Source: an uncultured Actinomycetota bacterium
Lineage (GTDB): Bacteria > Actinomycetota > Thermoleophilia > RBG-16-64-13
Length of the DNA stretch: 64,000 nt
Assembly (NCBI GenBank): GCA_963736705.1
Contig: CAVTPV010000005.1
Span: forward strand, 1,632,353-1,696,352
Direction of reading: 5' to 3'
Of the stretch, positions 47,191-56,641 are shown piece by piece (within the stretch, counting starts at the first letter, position 1; the number at the start of each line of letters is the position of its first letter). The notes under the pieces are model-generated. The model did not search any database and was not told the DNA's origin. It saw nothing but the letters and a program-made list of their open reading frames with translations. Position numbers and translations under genes: made by a program.

Positions 47191-48106
47191 TCAGTATGTC
47201 TCGATGACTCCGTACAGCGCGTCCACAACCGTCCCTACCGTGTCGTCGATGTTGACGTTGTCTACGATCAGCGTTCCTTCCGTCTCCGCCCGCTCCAGGA
47301 TGAAGTCCTGGATCTTGCGTATGTCCTCGAAGCCTTGCAGGTACCGGGCCAGCATCCGCCGCCCCGAGGTCTGCTGCTCTCGCACCAGGAAGTGGCTCCT
47401 GTGGAGCGCCTCTTCCTTCACCACCACCACCAGAGGCAGGAGCAGCGCGTCGGACAAGCCCTCCTGGCCCACCGGCAACTCCAGCATCCCGGGGACCATG
47501 TGGACCCCTTCGACCACCATGCTCGTCCGCTCCTTGATGGCCCTGTCGATGATGGCCCGCACTCCCACGTTCACCATCTCGACCTGCTCCATGAAACCCA
47601 GCAGCCGGGCATCCATGCCCGGCCCCAGCGGCATCCTCACAGCCGCCCCCGCCTCGTACGACGAGTAGTGCAGCGACGGCATGAGCTTCTCCGAGAAGAA
47701 GGCCCGCATCGCCTGCCGGATCGCGTCGGTGGAGATGGTCCTCACTATCCCCAGCCTCTGCGCCACCTGAGCCGCGATGGTGCTCTTGCCCACACCGGTC
47801 GCGCCCCCGATGAGCACGATCACCGGCCTGTCCTCGGCCGCCATCTGGTTCCAGATGCGATAGCGCCGCAGATACATCTGCTCCCCGCTATCGGCCAGCA
47901 CCTTCTCCACGAGCGACCGAAGATCGTCGATGCCCACCTCGCGCTCCGCCGCCTGCAGCAACTGCCGCTCGACGTCCATCGCCACCGCGTACGCCCGCTG
48001 GGGCGACAACCCCGTGGACGTCAGGGCCGTCGCCAGCAATCCCTTGGAGAACGGGACCTTGTGTCCCTCGTTCACCAACTGGATGGGCAGGCCCCTCCGG
48101 CTTCAT
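47191..48106 (-). CDS. 2-phosphoglycerate kinase with ATP-cone (frameshift near the start)
   Basis: PFSKGLLA, LIGGATGVGKST, STDAIRQAMR, LHYSSY, VEGVH; next to cpgS. Confidence 0.88.
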
Positions 48107-48108
48107 CG

Positions 48109-49519
48109 CTATCGCTCCTTGAACCTCTGCGCAGCCATCCCGGCCAGGTCCCGGGCCAATATCCGCGAGGGTGCCGCTCTCTTCTCGCAGACCCCCATCG
48201 GGCCCCACTTCCACCGGCATGTTGTCCATGAAGACCACCGGCAGGCCCCGCTCCGCCGCCTTCTCGGCCACCGTGTCGATGGCCGCCGCTTTGATCTCGG
48301 TGACCACCGTGTCCACCCGGTCCATCGCCTCACTCGCGAGGTCCTTCCGGAGCGCCTCCCGGTCGGCCAGACTCGTGGAGAACAACTCCACCCGGCATCC
48401 GCACCGCTCCTCCAGGTACCTCTTCAGCACATCCCGCTGCCTCGCCGGCGCCGTCGAGAAGACCCCTACTCTGCGGCCCTCGACGCTCTCCATGGGCCGC
48501 GGCCGGAAAACCACCGGCACCACCGGGATGCCCGGATGCACCGCCTCGATCGCCTCACGCACCGCCCGGACCTTCTCCGGCGAGGCCAGAGGCTCCTCCG
48601 CCATGGTCAGCACCACCGCGTCGCTGATGAGCAGCCGGTAGGTACCCAGATACCCGGCTATGTCATCCACCGCCTGGTGCGCCCCGGCTATCAGCAACCG
48701 TGCGTCCGCCGCCACCGGCGGCTGCGCCGCCCCGCTGCCCTCCAGGACGATCAACCCGGGCCGAAGGCTGTTGGCCAACTCGACGCCCTCGGCCACGTTC
48801 GAGACGAAGGGCTCGCCTGCCATGCCCCCGCCGCAGCGCCGGCACCCCACGGTGACGACCCCGCTGAGAGCCGCGTCCTCGAAGTAGTCCGAGGCTGCGT
48901 GCTTGCCCTGCCGGCTCCACGCCAGAAGGTCCTCGGCCGTCAGAGGCCTCTTGGTGCCGTCGACGACCTCCGGCTCGCCGGGCCCGCCGCGCCCCATGGC
49001 CACCACGACGACTCCCGGTCCCCCTTGCTGCACGGGGACGGCCGCTTGAAGGACCCGAGCCACATATCCGCTCAACGCGGTCTTCCCCACCCGCTTACCG
49101 GTACCGATGATGGAAAGCGAGGGAACGGCGCAAAGATGCGAAGAAGTCGTGGGACTGAAGTGGAAATCGGGGCCTACGTACCCCACCCCGCGCGCCAAGG
49201 ACGTGCTCGCCAGGCGGAAACGCTGCACATATCCTAGCACCGGTTCGTCGCTGAGGTCAACGACCACCTCAGGACGGTACCGGTCGATGGCCGCTTCAAG
49301 CCCGGCCGGCCAGCCGCCGGGGAACTCGTCGGCGAACATCACCGGCAGGCCGTAGAGGCCCTCAGCCTTCTCCTTGAGCCCCGTCCGCTCGATCTTCTCG
49401 GCCCCGCCCAGGAACAGGGCCGCCCGCAGTTCGTAGGTTTCGGCGGCATGCCGCAGGGCGTCCCGCACCACCGGAGGGTAGTGCTCGCCGTCGATGAGGA
49501 CTATCGCCGGGATGCTCAC
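48109..49519 (-). CDS. cpgS: Cyclic 2,3-diphosphoglycerate synthetase (frameshift near the C-terminus)
   Basis: IDGEHYPP, DLSDEPV, GTGKRVGKTA, AMGRGGP, HAASDYFEDA, GCRRCGGG, EGSGA, TEIKAAAID. Confidence 0.92.
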
Positions 49520-49549
49520 GCCGATGCCCCTCTCACGCCCGCGCCCCGC

Positions 49550-50305
49550 TCACCCTGTCGCCCGGTCGAACTCCACGATGGTCTCGGAACCGTGGAACGG
49601 GTAGTGCCGCGTGACCGTGATGTGCTCGCCCTTGATGTCCACCACGTTGTAGCAGGGCTTGGTGTCGCCGCGAAGCCGCAGCGACGCGACCGTCCCGGCG
49701 TTCACGATGTACATGTTCTCCAGGTGCCAGGCGTACGGCACGTGCTTGTGGCCCGACAGCACCAGGTCCACCCCGCACTCCATGAGCACCTCGAGCACGT
49801 CCCCGGCGTCGTTGACGATGTTGCGCTCCCGCCCCGTGCCCGGGATGGGGATCAGATGATGGTGGAGCATGAAGATCTTGATGTCGTCCGGGTTCTCCAT
49901 GAACGTCTCCCGGATCACCGGGTAGCGGTGCCGTCCGATGCGGCCGTAGTCCAGGTCCGGCTCGGTGGAGTCCACGCCCAGCAGCGTCACCCCGTTCTTG
50001 CGGATGTGGTTCTCCCTCGTGGCGAACAGGCGCTCGAAGTGCGCGTAGCCCACGTTGCGGCTGTCGTGGTTGCCCGGCACCACCAGGACGTCGGGGCAGG
50101 TGAGGCGGTCGAGATACTCCCGCGCCTCCCTGAACTCCTGGCGATAGCCCATGCTGGTCAGGTCACCCGTGACCACCACGATATCCGGCTTGAGGTCGTT
50201 CACCTCGACCAGCGCTCCGATCCAGCAGGTTGGGCACGAAGTACTGCGAGCCCAGATGCAGGTCGGACAGGTGAGCGATCACGCACGAGCGGGGGAGTCT
50301 CCCAT
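49550..50305 (-). CDS. Calcineurin-like metallophosphoesterase (CpdA/Icc-like), frameshifted near the start
   Basis: HLSDLH, TGDLT, PGNHD, LHHH, SGHKH. Confidence 0.88.
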
Positions 50306-50368
50306 CGTGGCTACCTCGCTAGGACGATAGCTCATCGACCGGCGCCGCGCGCCCGGCGGGCGGCGCGG

Positions 50369-51649
50369 CTACAGCACCCTCAGGGTCATAGGCTCGCTGG
50401 TGCAGCAACTCAACGCCTTCATCTCCTCGATGGCGGCGAAGAAGTTCTTCTCTTTGGTCGGGTGGGTGATGAGCACCAGTTCGGCCTCGCGCTCCCCGCC
50501 CCTTCTGGATCATGCTGGCGATGGACACCCCGTGGCCCCCGAACACCGAGGCGATGCTGGCCAGCACGCCCGACACGTCCTCGACGTTGGTCTTGATGAA
50601 GAACGCCGATTCCACGTCCTCCGCCGGGTAGAAGCCCAGCTCGCGGTAGCAGGAGCAGGCTCTGCAGGAAGCCCACGTCCTTGGTGTTGGTGATCGACAC
50701 GATGTCGCTCACCACGGCGGTGGCCGTCTGCTGGCCGCCGGCGCCCGGGCCCATCAGCATGATCTCGCCGATCTCGGTGCCCTGGAGGAACACCGCGTTG
50801 TTGGCCCCGTTGATGGAAGCCAGCGGATGGTCCTTGGGCACCAGGGCCGGGAACACGCGCACGCTCACCCTGCCGTCGATGAGCCGGGCCGCGCCGATGA
50901 GCTTGACCACGAACCCGAGGTCCTTGGCGTAGCGGACGTCGTCCAGGGTGACGTTCTGGATACCCTCGTAGGCCACGTCGCTGAGCTTGACCCGCGAATG
51001 GAAGGCTATGGAGCCGAGGATGGCCATCTTGGCGGCAGCGTCGCCCCCGCCCACGTCGGCGGTGGGGTCGGCTTCGGCGTAGCCCAGTTCCTGAGCTTTC
51101 TTCAGGATGTCGGCGTAGTCGCCCTCGTCGTTGTACATCTTGGTGAGGATGTAGTTGGTGGTGCCGTTGACGATGCCGTACACCGTCTTGATACCGGCGG
51201 CGATCATGCTCTCGCGCATCACCTTGATGATGGGGATGGCGCCGGCCACCGAGGCCTCGAAGCGCAGGTGGCGCTGCTCGTCGCGGGCCAGCGTCGAAGA
51301 GGGCCTGGCCGCGGCTGGCAAGGAGCTGCTTGTTGGCCGTCACCACGTTCTTGCCCTTGCGCATGGCGGCGTCGAGGAAGTCGAACGCGAAGGTCGTGCC
51401 GCCGATGACCTCCACCACGATGTCGATGGTCGGGTCGTCCACGATGTCGGCGAAGTCGGCGGTGAACAGGTCCGCGGGAACGTCGGCCGGGCGCTTCTTG
51501 GGGTCGATCTCCAGGACTTTCGCCACCTGGAGGTCCACGCCGGTGCCCTCGAGGATCTGGTCGTGCTCCTTCTGGATCAGCCGGTAGACGCTGGACCCGA
51601 TGGTCCCGAATCCCAGCAGCCCTATGCGCACGATCCTATCGCGGCCCAT
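50369..51649 (-). CDS. hom: Homoserine dehydrogenase with C-terminal ACT domain (frameshifted)
   Basis: GFGTIG, VTANK, FEASVAGAIP, GIVNGTTN, EADPTADV, GPGAG. Confidence 0.95.
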
Positions 51650-51667
51650 CTCGTTCCTCGTCTTTCG

Positions 51668-52994
51668 CTATTCGTTGCCGTGCAGTTGATGATGCTTCGC
51701 CACCAGGTCCGCGTAGCTCTCCCGCTCGATGATGACCCGGGCCTGGCCCTCGTTCACCAGGATCACCGCCGGCCGCGGGTTCCCGTTGTAGTTGGAAGCC
51801 ATCGCGAAGCAGTACGCGCCGGTGGCCGGCATCACCAGGATGTCTCCCGGCTCGGGCTTCGCGAGCAGGACGTCCTTGATGAGGATGTCGCCGCTCTCGC
51901 AGTGCTTGCCCGCCACTGTGACTCTGGTATCGGCAGTCTGGCTCGCTTTGTTAGCCAGCATGCCTTCGTAGAGCGCGTCGTAGAGCATGGGCCGGATGTT
52001 GTCGCTCATGCCCCCGTCGACGCTCACGTAGGTGCGGACCCCGGGGATCTCCTTGATGGTGCCCACGGTGTAGGCGGTGACTGCCCGCCTTGCCCACGAT
52101 GGAGCGTCCCGGCTCGATGAGCACGCGCGGCATGGGCAGGCCTCGGGCCGCCATCTCCTTGCGCACGCCCTCCACCTTGACGGCCGCGTAGTCGCCGATG
52201 GACGACGGGGTGTCTTCTTCGGTGTAGCGGATGCCCAGGCCACCGCCGATGTTCAGGTAGCGGCACTCGAAACCGTAGGCCTTGTTGGCCTGTGCGATGA
52301 GCCCCACCAGGATCTCGATGGCCTTGCGGAAGCCCTCGAGCTCGAAGATCTGGCTGCCGATGTGGGCGTGCAGCCCGATGAGGTCAAGATGCGGCGCCGC
52401 CATGGCCTGGCGGATGGCCTCCATGGCCACGCCTTCGTCCAGCCCGAAGCCGAACTTGGAGTCCACCTGCCCGGTCTGGATGTACGAGTGCGTGTGGGCC
52501 TCGATGCCCGGCGTGATGCGCAGCAACACCTTCTGCCGCTCGCCCCGCGCCCCCGCCAGCTCGTCCAGCATGGCGAGTTCCTGGAAGCTGTCGATGACCA
52601 CGAAGCCGACGCCTCCGGAGAGAGCGTATTCCAGCTCGGCCCGGGTCTTGTTGTTGCCGTGGAAGAAGATCTTCTCGGGCGGGAAACCGGCGATCTTGGC
52701 CACGTGGTACTCGCCGCCGGACGACACGTCTATGGAGAAGCCCTCTTCGAGCACCAACTGGGCTATCGCCACGGCGGAGAACGCCTTGCTGGCGTAGATG
52801 ATCTCGAAATCCTGGGTATGTTCCGCGAACGCCTTCATGTAGCGCCGGCACTGGTCGCGGATGGATTTCTCCTCATACACGATGAGTGGCGTGCCGAATA
52901 CATCGACCAAGTCGACGATGTCGCAACCGTCGATCTCGAGATGCCCGGCACCGTTATGGCGCGCGGTGATGGGATAGACGAGCGTGTGGGTCAA
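51668..52994 (-). CDS. lysA: Diaminopimelate decarboxylase (frameshift near 52080)
   Basis: YASKAF, HGNNK, HAHIGSQ, EPGRSI, HCESGD, GAYCFAMASNYN. Confidence 0.95.
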
Positions 52995-53073
52995 AGCAGC
53001 CTCCAGACGGGAAACACGGGTACGTTACCACAGAGGCTGATGCAAGTGCAGGCTGGTAGAATTGACACTCAGG

Positions 53074-53431
53074 ATGACCGAGCAGCCCCCTATCTTCTCG
53101 TATTTCCGCGGCAGCAAGGAACCCACCTTCGCCACCCGCACGGAGCTGGAAGCCGCCAAGCTTTTCGACTACCACCGTATCGCTTGGGAATACGAACCCC
53201 GTACCTTCATCCTCGAGCAGGACGACACGCGGCAACATCCAGGAAGCGTTCACCCCCGACTTCTACCTGCCCGATCTTGAGCTCTTCATCGAGGTCACCG
53301 AGATGAAGCAGTCGCTGGTGACGGCCAAGAACCGCAAGGTGCGCAAACTCCGGGAGAAATACCCCGATGTGCGCGTCAAGCTGCTGTACCGCAAGGACTT
53401 CGTGCGGCTGGCGCAGAAGTATGGGCTGTGA
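53074..53431 (+). CDS. Small PD-(D/E)XK-like nuclease-fold protein (frameshift near 53230)
   Basis: Merged translation includes WEYEPRTF...AFTPDFYLPDLELFIEVTEMKQ...KNRKVRKLREKYP. Confidence 0.7.
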
Positions 53432-54033
53432 TGGAAGAAGAGTGCCGGGAACCAGATACGCAGACGCGCCGCGAGCCCGACGCGCCGGAGGTCGGTGACG
53501 TCTTCCTCGACGCCGGGACGATCGCCCACCGGGTCGCGGAACTGGGCGCCCAGATCAGCCACGACTACGCCGGCCAGGAGATCCTGCTCGTGGGCCTGCT
53601 CAAGGGCTCGATCTTCTTCCTCTCGGATCTGGCGCGAGCCATCGCCCTCCCCTTGGAGATAGACTTCCTGTCCCTGAGTTCCTACCGCCAGGAGCACATG
53701 GAGATCGGCGCCAAGGCCATCCGCTTCCTCAAGGACCTCGACCAGCCCATCAAGGACAAGAACGTCGTCGTCGTCCAGGACATGATCGACTCCGGGCTGA
53801 CGCTGCACTACATCTACCGGTCGCTCAGCCTGCGCCGGCCCCGGTCGCTGGAGGCCTGCATCCTCTTCGACCGCCCGCAACTGCGGCTCGTGGACCTCGA
53901 CGTCAAGTACACCGGCTTCGACGTGCCCGACGACTTCTTCGTGGGCTACGGCTTCGACTACCACCAGCTGTACCGCAACCTGCCGTACGTGGCCTACCTC
54001 AACAGCGGCGCGCTCGACGCGGCCCTGTTCTGA
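53431..54033 (+). CDS. hpt: Hypoxanthine phosphoribosyltransferase (atypical QD in PRPP motif)
   Basis: LLKGS, SSY, VVQDMIDSGLT, FFVGYGFDY, YRNLP. Confidence 0.85.
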   Translation: MEEECREPDTQTRREPDAPEVGDVFLDAGTIAHRVAELGAQISHDYAGQEILLVGLLKGSIFFLSDLARAIALPLEIDFLSLSSYRQEHMEIGAKAIRFLKDLDQPIKDKNVVVVQDMIDSGLTLHYIYRSLSLRRPRSLEACILFDRPQLRLVDLDVKYTGFDVPDDFFVGYGFDYHQLYRNLPYVAYLNSGALDAALF

Positions 54034-54041
54034 CCGCCGGC

Positions 54042-54895
54042 ATGCCCGCGGCGGCCATACGCCTTCACTCCGCCGGCGCCGACGCGGCGCCCATCGTCCT
54101 CGCCGCCACGCTCTACCTGCCCGACTTGGACGCAGGCCCTGGCGGCGCCGCGGGCGGCGGCCCACGCGGCGACGGTGGCGGCCCCCTCCCCGGCCTGGTG
54201 GTAGGACACGGGGCCGGCAGCAGGCGAGGCCGGCATGCGGAGTTCTGCCGCGAAGCGGCCGCCCAGGGGTTCGTGGTCTTAGCCTTGGACTTCCGCGGTC
54301 ACGGGGACAGTGAAGGCGCGGCCGACGGACCGCTTGAGGACGACATCGCTGTGGCCGCCGGCTTCCTCCGGAAGCACTGCGGCGTCGATGCGTCGCGTCT
54401 CTGCTACCGGGGCTCCAGCATGGGTGGGTTCTACGGCCTCAAGGCGGCTGCGACCGGCGCCGCCGGCTTCGCCGCGGTGGCCCTGCTCTGCCCGGCGACG
54501 GCCGAGGTGATGCTCGACGGGCTTGACGAGTTCGAGGCGCGGGATACCGAGGCAGACCCAGAGAACGGCGACGCCGGCTCTGAGGGCGGCGCGCCCGCCG
54601 TGCCGCCCACCCGCTGGGACATGCCCCGGCATCACGGAGTACTTCCGCCGCCAGGACAGCCTGGCGCTGGCGGCCCGGGTGAAGTGCCCCGTCCTGCTGG
54701 TGCACGCCCGGGGTGACGAGGTGGTCCCCATCGGGCACTCACTGGGACTGGCCGCGACACCTGGCCGGGGACGCCACCCTGGTGGCGCTGGCCGGCGGCT
54801 CGCACACCAGCGCCCAACACGACCCGGCGGTGCACCGGCTCACGCTGAGCTGGCTACTGGATCAGACGGCAGAGGCCCCCGGCTGCGCCACTTGA
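54042..54895 (+). CDS. Alpha/beta hydrolase (frameshifted)
   Basis: HGAG, DFRGHGDS, GSSMGG nucleophile elbow, HARGDEVVP, GGSH. Confidence 0.82.
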
Positions 54896-54914
54896 CGGCC
54901 GCCCGGGGTCCAGA

Positions 54915-55247
54915 TCAAGGACGCATGCACTGGACGTACTTGAAGAACACGTCGAAGGCCCGCTCCAGCGATTCCGGATCCAGCTGGGCCCCGGTGGTGT
55001 CTTCCAGGCAGTCCTTCATGTGGTGGCTGATGAGGTGCGTGCCCACCCTCTCGAGGGCGGACTTGACTGCGGCGAGCTGAGCCAGGATCTCTTCACAGTC
55101 CTTGCCCTGCTCGATCATGCGCTGCAGACCCCGGACCTGGCCCTCGATACGCGCGAGCCGGTTGAGGACCTTCGCGTCGTCTTCGGTCATGGCCCGTTTG
55201 GCGTCTGCCCCTGGGGCTGGAACGGGAGCCGCGGCATCGGTCGCCAT
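54915..55247 (-). CDS. CsoR/RcnR family transcriptional repressor
   Basis: LNRLARIEGQVRGLQRMI, C-EEIL-QLAAV, HMKDC. Confidence 0.9.
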   Translation of the reverse strand: MATDAAAPVPAPGADAKRAMTEDDAKVLNRLARIEGQVRGLQRMIEQGKDCEEILAQLAAVKSALERVGTHLISHHMKDCLEDTTGAQLDPESLERAFDVFFKYVQCMRP

Positions 55248-55293
55248 TCCGTCCTCCTTAGAGTGAAATGCTCGCTGTCTTCCTCACCGATGA

Positions 55294-55369
55294 TGGAGCG
55301 GAGTACGGGGGTCGAACCCGCGACATCCAGCTTGGGAAGCTGGCACTCTACCAACTGAGTTAACTCCGC
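55294..55369 (-). tRNA. tRNA-Gly(CCC)
   Basis: GCGGAGTTAACTCAGTTGGTAGAGTGCCAGCTTCCCAAGCTGGATGTCGCGGGTTCGACCCCCGTACTCCGCTCCA; full cloverleaf. Confidence 0.97.
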
Positions 55370-55497
55370 CCGGCCCAAGGACCCCTTGGGAGGCCAAGAT
55401 TCTACCACAGCCCGCCACCGGTTCTGTACGCCTTCAGCGTACGCGGTCATCCGCCAGAGAACTGCGGTATTTGCGGGATGTTTGCCTTGCGCGGGGC

Positions 55498-55525
55498 TTG
55501 ACTCGCCCCCGATGCTGAGTATGAT
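55498..55525 (+). promoter_or_regulatory. Sigma-A-type promoter pointing into an ORF-free region
   Basis: TTGACT, 16 bp spacer, TATGAT. Confidence 0.7.
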
Positions 55526-55531
55526 TCTGAC

Positions 55532-55685
55532 GCAGAGTCCCGAGAGCTCAGACGCATCATCTGAGGAGCTTACAAAGGGGCCCGCGGAGGAAACGCGAAG
55601 TAAATGATCGCGGAGTACAGTGAGGCGGGAACGAAGTAAGAGCCGTTGAAAGGTGAAAAGCGAGTCCACTCGGGGCTCCTTTTTT
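55532..55685 (+). ncRNA. Candidate structured small RNA (6S/Ms1-like rod)
   Basis: Own promoter; 5' and 3' ends pair (GAGTCCCGAG/CTCGGGGCTC); four or more nested helices; ends in a T6 tract. Confidence 0.7.
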
Positions 55686-55744
55686 GTGCTCAAATCCGGC
55701 CCCGTCCAGCCCTAAGGGGGCGGCCCTCCCCCGCCGGTCGCCGT

Positions 55745-56581
55745 CTACCGCTGACAGTCCGGGCAGTAAGCAGTCCCTCTCCCCCCGACCACCGTCCGCG
55801 CCATGGTGCCTCCGCACCGACGGCACTCCTGCCCCTGCCGGCCGTAGGCCTGCAGCCAGTCCTGGAAGCCTCCCGGCTGTCCCTCGGTGTCGACGAAGTC
55901 CGACAGCGTGCAGCCCAGCAGGCGCACGCCCTCAGACAGCCTGGTGCGGATCTCGTCCGCGAGGCAGCAGACCTGCTCCTCCACCAGGGTGCCCGCTTCC
56001 CGCAGCGGCGACAGCGCCGTCCACCAGAGGATCTCGTCGGCGTAGATGTTGCCTATGCCGGCCAGGTGCCGCTGGTCGAGCAGGAAGGCCTTGAGCGGAG
56101 CGGTGCGGCTGCGCAGCCGCCGCTCCAGGTAAGAAGCGTCCCAGTCGCCCTTCCAGGCGTCGGGACCCAGGTTCTCCAGCCGGGGGGCCGGGCCTCCGGA
56201 GGTCAGGTGGAAGCGCCCGAACTTGCGCATGTCGCGGAACTCGAGGCCGATCTCGCTGCCGGGCTCCCGGCCGGCGCCGCTCGACGCCAGACGGAAGACG
56301 AAGCGGGTGTGCGTGCCGGGGTCCGCCGGGTCGATGAGCAACTGCCCGGTCATGCCCAGGTGCAGCGTCAGAAAGAGGCCGCCGTCCAGCACGACGATGA
56401 TGAACTTGCCGATCCGGTCGATCCGCTCGATGGTCCGCCCGGGCAGCAGCGCCTCTACATCTTCGGCGGCGCAGTCGCGGAGCATGGCCGGCTCCACCTG
56501 TTCGACCGCCAGGAAGGTGGCCCCGGTGATGCCGGCGTCCAGTTGGCAGCGGACGGTCTCGACTTCGGGAAGCTCAGGCAC
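55745..56581 (-). CDS. mutM: Formamidopyrimidine-DNA glycosylase
   Basis: PELPEVE, HLGMTG, DMRKFG, AGIGNIYADE, C-terminal zinc finger. Confidence 0.96.
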   Translation of the reverse strand: MPELPEVETVRCQLDAGITGATFLAVEQVEPAMLRDCAAEDVEALLPGRTIERIDRIGKFIIVVLDGGLFLTLHLGMTGQLLIDPADPGTHTRFVFRLASSGAGREPGSEIGLEFRDMRKFGRFHLTSGGPAPRLENLGPDAWKGDWDASYLERRLRSRTAPLKAFLLDQRHLAGIGNIYADEILWWTALSPLREAGTLVEEQVCCLADEIRTRLSEGVRLLGCTLSDFVDTEGQPGGFQDWLQAYGRQGQECRRCGGTMARTVVGGRGTAYCPDCQR

Positions 56582-56641
56582 GGCGACCGAGCCCCCGCGT
56601 GCCGCGCCAAGTCGGCGCCGGCGTGGCTGGGCGACGGCCTG

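Noticed and set aside
52995-53073. Possible lysine riboswitch before lysA (likewise SAM riboswitch before metF, purine riboswitch before guaA)
   Set aside because: The intergenic regions are too short and lack the conserved motifs
55187-55693. 168 aa minus-strand ORF across the ncRNA and tRNA-Gly
   Set aside because: Overlaps a tRNA, lacks codon bias and motifs; the structured RNA on the plus strand explains the region better
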